In this document: piece by piece, positions 57,678 to 64,000 of the stretch
Numbering within the stretch: position 1 is the first letter of the stretch
Layout of the letters: every line of letters begins with the position of its first letter
Program-made: the position numbers and the translations under genes
DNA from: Pseudomonadales bacterium
GTDB lineage: Bacteria > Pseudomonadota > Gammaproteobacteria > Pseudomonadales > UBA7434
Reading direction: 5' to 3'
DNA: 64,000 nt
Assembly (NCBI GenBank): GCA_028223755.1
Contig: JAOIUY010000006.1
Coordinates: 24,564 to 88,563, forward strand
Notes under the pieces: generated by a model
The model's database searches: none
What the model was told of the DNA's origin: nothing
The model's input: only the letters and a program-made list of their open reading frames with translations

Positions 57678-58114
57678 GTCAGGCAGCAACTTATATCGGT
57701 GAGCGCCCAAATCCAACGGCGGGTATGCGGCATGTGGCTTTATTTGTCCCTGACTTCGATGCCGCTTGTTACTTCTATATAGAGCTGCTGGGTATGGCCG
57801 TCGAGTGGCAGCCCGACCCTGACAATATTTATCTTTGCTCGGGCAATGATAATGTCGCCCTTCATAATAAACCCGACAACGTCAATTTAGACCCTGCACA
57901 TCAGCGTTTAGATCATATTGGTTTTATTATCGATGAGATTGATGATGTAGATAGCTGGTATACGTTTTTAAAGGCTAATGACGTCAAGATGCAAAGTGAG
58001 CCAAGAACTCATCGCGATGGTGCTAGAAGTTTTTATTGTTTAGATCCTGCTGGCACGTTGGTACAAATTATTTATCATCCACCATTATCAACGGGTGATG
58101 CGCCGAGCGTTTAG
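57674..58114 (+). CDS. VOC (glyoxalase/bleomycin-resistance/dioxygenase) family protein
   Basis: MRHVALFV..D......FY.ELLGM and LDHIGF patterns; ATGA coupling to the osmC-like gene. Confidence 0.75.
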   Translation: MSQAATYIGERPNPTAGMRHVALFVPDFDAACYFYIELLGMAVEWQPDPDNIYLCSGNDNVALHNKPDNVNLDPAHQRLDHIGFIIDEIDDVDSWYTFLKANDVKMQSEPRTHRDGARSFYCLDPAGTLVQIIYHPPLSTGDAPSV

Positions 58115-58125
58115 CAATTATGTGA

Positions 58126-58794
58126 TTAGATTCGATAGCTGGTGGCGGTCATGAGTTTTGAAATAGCCGTCATCAGTTTTTTAGCCGGCGGATTAAAGGC
58201 AACACCGCCATGTTCCATGGCTTTTTCACCGTGATGCTCTTCATCACTAAGCATTTGCGTTAGTATCGCTCGCGTTTTGACATCGTGCTCTGGCAGTTGA
58301 TCTAAGTGGGAGCGCAAATGCTGACAGACTTGATCTTCGGTAGCTGCGACAAACCCTAAGCTCCACTTATCGCCAGCAACACCGGCCAGTGCGCCAATAC
58401 CAAACGATAAACCGTAAAACAGTGGGTTCAAATAGCTGGGCTTGCTTTCTAGTTGCTCTAAACGTTCCTCGCACCAAGCCAGATGATCTTCTTCTTCCTT
58501 GGCCGACTCATTCATGGCATCTCGAATAGTATCGGTTTTTGCGGTTAATGCCTGTCCTTGATAAAGCGCTTGAGCACAGACTTCACCAGTATGGTTAATC
58601 CGCATTAAGCCGCCAATATGCTTTTTTTCTTGGCTAGTAAGAGTATCGATATCTTTTTCTATGGTGTTTAACTGGGCTGCCGGCGATTCACGATGCGCAC
58701 GCGTGCTGCCGTTGCTAACGGTGCGAACAATATGATCGACACCCATAATCAACTTGTCGACGGGGGTGATTTTTCTTGGCGGTTTGTCTGACAT
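58126..58794 (-). CDS. coq7: 2-polyprenyl-3-methyl-6-methoxy-1,4-benzoquinol hydroxylase (di-iron Coq7)
   Basis: [24 protein letters not shown], and SDEEHHG di-iron ligand motifs. Confidence 0.9.
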   Translation of the reverse strand: MSDKPPRKITPVDKLIMGVDHIVRTVSNGSTRAHRESPAAQLNTIEKDIDTLTSQEKKHIGGLMRINHTGEVCAQALYQGQALTAKTDTIRDAMNESAKEEEDHLAWCEERLEQLESKPSYLNPLFYGLSFGIGALAGVAGDKWSLGFVAATEDQVCQHLRSHLDQLPEHDVKTRAILTQMLSDEEHHGEKAMEHGGVAFNPPAKKLMTAISKLMTATSYRI

Positions 58795-58867
58795 ATTAGG
58801 TAACCGGCGGTGAGTTAAGTGCTCGAGTCTGATGATTAATGATAATGGAATTTAAGCACGCTAGGCG

Positions 58868-59539
58868 TTAATCGCGCAAACTAATACAGGGCCAGCCTGC
58901 TTTAGTCGCGTGTGCTAATAGTGTGTTGTCGGCATCGACAGCAATCGCGTGGCCAACGGCTTCTAAAAGTGGAATATCGTTGCGCGAGTCACTATAAAAG
59001 CAGGCATCGGCTAAATCAAAGGGCTTATCAGCTAACCACTCATTGAGTCGCGTGACTTTGCCAGCTTGAAAACAGGGTGTACCGGTTGGCTTGCCCGTAT
59101 AAATACCGTCTTTCTGTTCGGCATCGCTGGCCAGAATGTCATCGACACCCAGCATCTGCGCAATCGGTCGAGTCACAAAGTCATTAGTGGCGGTGATAAT
59201 AAGAAGGTAGTCGCCAGCATCGCGATGCTGGGCAAGAAGCGCATCCGCTTTGGCGAGGCGTATGGGTTCGACGCAGCTTGCCATAAAGTCGGCATGTAGG
59301 GCGGCTAAGGTATCAGCGGGCTGTCCTGCGATCGGTGTTAAGGCAAAGGTCAGGTAGGCGGTAATATCGAGCGTGCCGTTATTGTAATCCTCAAAAAAAC
59401 CATCATTGGCTTTTTTGTGTTGATCGGCATCGACTAAGCCTTTTTGAATCAGGAATTCGCCCCATGCGTGGTCACTATCGCCGCCAAGCAAGGTGTTGTC
59501 GAGATCGAAGATGGCGAGCTTTTGTGGTTCGTTTGGCAT
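58868..59539 (-). CDS. HAD-IB family hydrolase (SerB-like)
   Basis: FDLDNTLL motif I, ITATN motif II, and SDSRNDIPLL motif IV. Confidence 0.8.
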   Translation of the reverse strand: MPNEPQKLAIFDLDNTLLGGDSDHAWGEFLIQKGLVDADQHKKANDGFFEDYNNGTLDITAYLTFALTPIAGQPADTLAALHADFMASCVEPIRLAKADALLAQHRDAGDYLLIITATNDFVTRPIAQMLGVDDILASDAEQKDGIYTGKPTGTPCFQAGKVTRLNEWLADKPFDLADACFYSDSRNDIPLLEAVGHAIAVDADNTLLAHATKAGWPCISLRD

Positions 59540-59758
59540 GCGGGCTCCCGGTAAGCCTAAATGATATGAGTTGTATCGATTTTGATCTAGATACTCTTCA
59601 TCAAATTAAGGTCACAATTTTATGCTGTATTCGCAAAGATACAAAGAAGATAAATACCGATGTTAGGAGTGAACCGCTGTTGTATTACTGGCCAGTTTTT
59701 GAAGGTTTTTTTGGCGGGCGCGTAGAAGCGCTGTGGTATAGTACGCAGCTTAATTATC

Positions 59759-60280
59759 ATGAGGGTGGAAAGTAACTTGTTGGACGCTGACGGATACCGT
59801 TTAAATATAGGGATTGTGATTGCCAATGGTCGCGGTGATGTGCTGTGGGCGCGTCGAGTTCGGCAGGGCGGCTGGCAGTTTCCTCAGGGCGGCATTAACG
59901 AAGGTGAAAGTCACGAGCAGGCGATGTATCGTGAGTTGGAAGAAGAGACCGGCTTAACCAAAAATCAGGTTGAGGTTTGGGCTGTGACTCGCGATTGGTT
60001 GCGTTATCGTCTACCTAAAAAAATGATCCGACCAACATCAGGCCAAGTATGCATTGGCCAAAAACAAAAATGGTATTTACTGCGCTTGACTGCTGATGAG
60101 TCAGCGATTCACTTTAATGGCTCGGATAAGCCAGAGTTTGATCATTGGGAGTGGGTGAGTTATTGGTATCCGTTGAATCAAATTATCGATTTTAAACGAC
60201 AAGTTTATCAGCGTATGCTCAAAGAGCTCTCGAGTGTGCACGCCCAAAAGGTTGCTCGTTATCTTAATGGCGATCGGTAG
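59759..60280 (+). CDS. rppH: RNA pyrophosphohydrolase (Nudix)
   Basis: [38 protein letters not shown]. The true start may be a few codons downstream of 59759. Confidence 0.9.
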   Translation: MRVESNLLDADGYRLNIGIVIANGRGDVLWARRVRQGGWQFPQGGINEGESHEQAMYRELEEETGLTKNQVEVWAVTRDWLRYRLPKKMIRPTSGQVCIGQKQKWYLLRLTADESAIHFNGSDKPEFDHWEWVSYWYPLNQIIDFKRQVYQRMLKELSSVHAQKVARYLNGDR

Positions 60281-60289
60281 CGACCTCTT

Positions 60290-62575
60290 ATGAATATTCT
60301 TCAATCCCTCAGTAATATCGTCCAAAAGGTTAATTCAGCACCTGATTTGCAATCGGCATTGGATATTATTGTGACGCAAGTGCGTGGCGTTATGGGGACT
60401 GAAGTCTGTACCGTTTATTTGGCGGATCATCAAGAGCAGCGATTGATTTTTCGTGCAACAGAAGGACTTAACAAAAGTGCGCTAGGCAATCTTAGTCTTG
60501 GATTTGGTGAAGGCTTGGTTGGGCAGGTTGCATTGCGTGAAGAGCCGATAAACACCAATAATGCTGAATCACATCCTCACTTTCAATATCTTGAAGACAT
60601 TGGCGAAGAAAGTTTTAGCTCGTTTCTGGGTGTGCCGATTATTCACCATCGTATTGTTTTAGGTGTGCTGATTGTTCAGCAGACGGCAAAGCGTCGTTTT
60701 GATGAAAGTGAAGAAGCGTTTTTGGTCACCATGTCTGCGCAATTAGCCGGCTTGATTGCGCATGCACAGGTTACTGGCTTGGTAGATTTACGCGCCGATG
60801 CCAAAGCGGTGAATGCTGAATTCAGAGGTGTGGCCGGTGCTTCAGGTGTTGCGATTGGCCGCGCCGTAGTGGTTTCTCCGCCGGCTGATTTATACGCCGT
60901 GCCACAGCGACAAAGTCGGGACTCTTATGAAGAGCTAACATTCTTTCGCGCCTGTGTTGCCCGTGTTCGAAATGACATTGAGCAACTCAGTTTGCAGTTA
61001 GCCGATCGGCTTCCGCCGCAGGAGTTGGCCTTATTTGAAGTGTATTCCAAGATGCTCGACACGCCGGCACTGCCTGCTGAAATTGAAGAGTTGATTGAGC
61101 AGGGCGAGTGGGCGCAGGGTGCGGTGGCACATGTCATCCGCATGCACTTGCAAGCTTTCGAGCAAATGGATAATCCGTATTTAAGAGAGCGTGCGGTCGA
61201 TATTAAAGATCTTGGTCGTCGCTTGTTAGAGTATTTACAACAGGCTAATAACGAGCCGATTATTTATCCTGATAACACCATATTAATTGGTGATGAATTA
61301 ACGGCATCGATGTTAGCCGAGTTGCCACGCAAAAAATTAGCTGGTTTAGTCTCGCTACGTGGTTCGCGTAATTCGCATGTTGCAATATTGGCGCGCAGCA
61401 TGGGTATACCGACAGTCATGGGTGCCGTCGATGTTCCCTTTATGCAGGTTGAAGGTACTGAATTAATTGTCGATGGTTATGCAGGTTTAGTTTACTTTAA
61501 TCCAACGTTAGAACTATTGGCCAGTTACGAAGAAATTGTTGAAGAAGAGCGCTTAGTATCGCGAGGTCTTGAAGCGCTTAAAGATTTAAGTTGTGAAACA
61601 ACCGATGAGCATCGCGTTTCGCTGTGGGTAAATACGGGTTTGGCTTCAGATATTGTTCGCTCTTTGGACCGTGGTGCTGAAGGTGTTGGTTTATACCGAA
61701 CCGAAATCCCTTTTATTATGCAGGATCGCTTTCCCAGTGAAGAAGAGCAGCGCACGATTTACCGTATTCAGCTTGAGGCCTTTGCGCCTAGCCCGGTTAC
61801 GATGCGAACGCTGGATGTTGGGGGCGACAAATCACTGCCTTATTTTCCAATTGAAGAAGATAATCCATTTTTAGGTTGGCGTGGTATACGTGTCACCTTA
61901 GACCATCCAGAAATATTTTTATCGCAAGTGCGCGCCATGATGAAGGCCAGTGTCGGTCTAAATAATTTACGCATTATGCTGCCAATGATCAGCTATGTGA
62001 AAGAGTTAGATGAAGCATTGGCATTGATTCGTCGTGCTCATGCTGAATTAGTTGAAGAGGGTATTGATGCCTTGTTGCCTTCGATTGGCGTCATGGTTGA
62101 AGTACCTGCTGCAGTTTATTTATCGGCAGAATTAGCTTCGCGAGTCGATTTTTTATCGGTGGGCAGTAACGACTTAACGCAGTATTTATTAGCGGTTGAT
62201 CGCAACAACTCCAGCGTTGCTGAACTTTATAATTCTTATCACCCCGCTGTTTTGCAAGCGCTTGTTCATGTAGCCAATGCAGGTCATGCGGCGGGTAAGC
62301 CGGTTAGTATTTGTGGTGAGCTAGCGGGTGATCCCGGTGCGGCCATATTGCTCATGGCTATGGGTTATGACTCGTTGTCGATGAATGCCACTAACTTACC
62401 GAAGGTAAAATCGGTTTTGCGAAGCGTGAGTAAGGTTGAGGCAGATGAGTTGCTTGCTAAAGTAATGGAGTTGCATGAGATCGAAGATATTCGCGCGCTT
62501 ATAGAAGTCTTGTTTGAAGAAAAAGGTATTACTCGATTATTTCGCAATCAAATTAAACAGCGACAATTGCATTAA
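60290..62575 (+). CDS. ptsP: Phosphoenolpyruvate-protein phosphotransferase PtsP (EI-Ntr, GAF domain)
   Basis: N-terminal GAF domain; GGRNSHVAILARSMGIP-type phosphohistidine region (LRGSRNSHVAILARSMGIPTV); PEP-utilising C-terminal domain (GSNDLTQY). Confidence 0.93.
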   Translation: MNILQSLSNIVQKVNSAPDLQSALDIIVTQVRGVMGTEVCTVYLADHQEQRLIFRATEGLNKSALGNLSLGFGEGLVGQVALREEPINTNNAESHPHFQYLEDIGEESFSSFLGVPIIHHRIVLGVLIVQQTAKRRFDESEEAFLVTMSAQLAGLIAHAQVTGLVDLRADAKAVNAEFRGVAGASGVAIGRAVVVSPPADLYAVPQRQSRDSYEELTFFRACVARVRNDIEQLSLQLADRLPPQELALFEVYSKMLDTPALPAEIEELIEQGEWAQGAVAHVIRMHLQAFEQMDNPYLRERAVDIKDLGRRLLEYLQQANNEPIIYPDNTILIGDELTASMLAELPRKKLAGLVSLRGSRNSHVAILARSMGIPTVMGAVDVPFMQVEGTELIVDGYAGLVYFNPTLELLASYEEIVEEERLVSRGLEALKDLSCETTDEHRVSLWVNTGLASDIVRSLDRGAEGVGLYRTEIPFIMQDRFPSEEEQRTIYRIQLEAFAPSPVTMRTLDVGGDKSLPYFPIEEDNPFLGWRGIRVTLDHPEIFLSQVRAMMKASVGLNNLRIMLPMISYVKELDEALALIRRAHAELVEEGIDALLPSIGVMVEVPAAVYLSAELASRVDFLSVGSNDLTQYLLAVDRNNSSVAELYNSYHPAVLQALVHVANAGHAAGKPVSICGELAGDPGAAILLMAMGYDSLSMNATNLPKVKSVLRSVSKVEADELLAKVMELHEIEDIRALIEVLFEEKGITRLFRNQIKQRQLH

Positions 62576-63363
62576 TGGATTGGTTACTGTTTCTTGTTAT
62601 TGGTGCCTTTGCTGGTTTGTTAGCAGGATTATTCGGTGTTGGTGGCGGCGCGATTATTGTGCCGATACTTATTTTTATATTTACCCTGCAAGGTTTTGAT
62701 GCAGGGTCTTTAGTTCATTTAGCCATAGGGACATCTTTTGCGACCATTGTCGTAACATCATGTGGTTCGGTTGCCGCGCATCAACGTTTAGGTAATATCA
62801 ATTGGCTGGTCGTTAAATCAATGACGCCGGGTTTAGTTGTTGGTGTGTCGTTAGGCTCATTGATTGCTGCAGAGCTTGCTGGTGGTTATTTGCAATTGGC
62901 GATTGCGATATTTTTAATGTTGGTTGCCGTGCAAATGTTTTTGGCTTTGCAGCCCAAAGCGATATTTGGTTTACCTGGGCATGTGGCGTTGGCAAGTAGT
63001 GGTGTTGTGGTGGGTGGTTTGAGCGCCTTTTTTGGTATTGGCGGCGGTTCATTAACGGTACCTTTTTTAACGGCTTGCCGGGAAGTTATGAAGCGTGCAG
63101 TGGCGACATCGGCAGCCTGCGGATTGCCTATCGCATTATTTGGCGCATTAACTTATGCCTTTAAAGGTTTTAGTGTTGAAGGCTTGCCGGGTTTAACTAC
63201 AGGTTATATTTATTGGCCGGCATTTATCGGCATTGTGATTGCTAGTGTCCCTTGCACGCGAATGGGTGCCATGCTGGCATCAAAAGCACCCGAGAAAGTA
63301 TTAAAGCGAAGCTTTGCGCTGCTGTTATTTTTAATTGGTTTACAACTATTGCTAACGCATTAG
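62575..63363 (+). CDS. TauE/SafE family membrane transporter
   Basis: Eight hydrophobic segments; duplicated GVGGG / GIGGG motifs; TAATG junction with ptsP. Confidence 0.8.
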   Translation: MDWLLFLVIGAFAGLLAGLFGVGGGAIIVPILIFIFTLQGFDAGSLVHLAIGTSFATIVVTSCGSVAAHQRLGNINWLVVKSMTPGLVVGVSLGSLIAAELAGGYLQLAIAIFLMLVAVQMFLALQPKAIFGLPGHVALASSGVVVGGLSAFFGIGGGSLTVPFLTACREVMKRAVATSAACGLPIALFGALTYAFKGFSVEGLPGLTTGYIYWPAFIGIVIASVPCTRMGAMLASKAPEKVLKRSFALLLFLIGLQLLLTH

Positions 63364-63376
63364 TTTAGGAAGCATT

Positions 63377-64000
63377 ATGTTGCAGTATCCAACTATAGAT
63401 CCGATTATTTTTTCGGTTGGCCCTGTCAGTTTGCGCTGGTATGGAATGATGTATTTGCTTGGCTTTATTGCCGCGTATCTATTGGGCCGAAGGCGCGCGC
63501 GACAAGCGTGGTCACCTATGCAGCCGGAGCAAGTTGAAGATCTAGTTTTTGCGAGCGCACTTGGTGCCGTGTTAGGTGGTCGTGTTGGCTATGTATTTTT
63601 TTATGGCTTTGATCGGTTTCTAACAGATCCATTATGGTTGTTTCGGGTCTGGGAAGGCGGCATGGCTTTTCATGGCGGCTTGATTGGTGTTTTTTTAGCG
63701 CTAATTATTTATGCGCGTAAATTGAATCGACCATTAGGTGAGGTTTGCGACTTTGTTGCGCCGTTAGCACCCATTGGCTTAGGTTTGGGTCGAATGGCTA
63801 ATTTTATTAATGCTGAGCTATACGGTCGCGCGAGTGATGTTTCTTGGGCGATGGTTTTCCCATCTGACAGCCTTGCTATCCCAAGACACCCTTCACAGCT
63901 TTATCAGTGCTTTCTCGAAGGGATCGTTTTATTTGTTCTGATTTACGGCTTTACCCGTGTACGTCGACCAGTTTGGGCCGCTTCAGGTCTCTTTTTGTTC
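63377..64000 (+). CDS. lgt: Prolipoprotein diacylglyceryl transferase (3' end outside window)
   Basis: PTIDPIIFSVGPVSLRWYGMMYLLGF, GGRVGYV, FHGGL, and HPSQLYQ. Confidence 0.9.
   Translation, partial: MLQYPTIDPIIFSVGPVSLRWYGMMYLLGFIAAYLLGRRRARQAWSPMQPEQVEDLVFASALGAVLGGRVGYVFFYGFDRFLTDPLWLFRVWEGGMAFHGGLIGVFLALIIYARKLNRPLGEVCDFVAPLAPIGLGLGRMANFINAELYGRASDVSWAMVFPSDSLAIPRHPSQLYQCFLEGIVLFVLIYGFTRVRRPVWAASGLFLF

Overview
Chromosomal window from a gammaproteobacterium. Gene order resembles Pseudomonas, Oceanospirillales and Cellvibrionales, but the taxon is inference only. More than half is conserved housekeeping synteny: hflX-hflK-hflC-DUF2065-hisZ-purA (1-5.9 kb); tRNA(CAT)-rpoD-dnaG-yqeY-rpsU (31.3-36.6 kb); a slyB-like gene, tsaD, folB, cca, apaH-apaG-rsmA-pdxA-surA-lptD and amgK-murU (37.1-49.4 kb); and rpe, trpE-G-D-C, crp, an osmC-like gene, a VOC gene, coq7, a HAD gene, rppH-ptsP, a tauE-like gene and lgt (51-64 kb). 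Between purA and the tRNA lie about 25 kb of accessory-looking DNA, interrupted only by rluF. This contains four items. (1) A secreted CBM+GH16-like protein ending in a VPxxxP/TM/RRKK sorting signal. (2) A Wzx/Wzy-type capsule/EPS locus: wzi, a large Wza/OtnA-like exporter, manC, a pyruvyltransferase-like gene, wzx, wzy, one GT4, a GDP-mannose 3,5-epimerase, an SDR, wzz and a wcaJ-like gene, with an AT-rich central cassette. (3) A compact four-gene operon combining a MerT-like inner-membrane protein, a His-rich MerP/HMA-like periplasmic protein, a small outer-membrane barrel and a Cys-rich exported protein, with no merA or merR. (4) A 1380-aa mosaic protein: discoidin modules, TSP3 repeats, a YxFxxD domain and a DUF1111 di-haem domain, with a sorting-signal-like segment stranded inside it. 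Items 3 and 4 are the best candidates for undescribed biology. Other observations are a truncated tRNA copy, a perfect 19-bp palindrome and a 12-bp tandem repeat near rpsU, a Fur-box-controlled pair of orphan genes, a consensus CRP site upstream of crp, and a Cca enzyme with a degenerate HD domain. I saw no rRNA, CRISPR array, IS element, integrase or phage genes. All family assignments come from reading the translations and recalling motifs; no database search was run.
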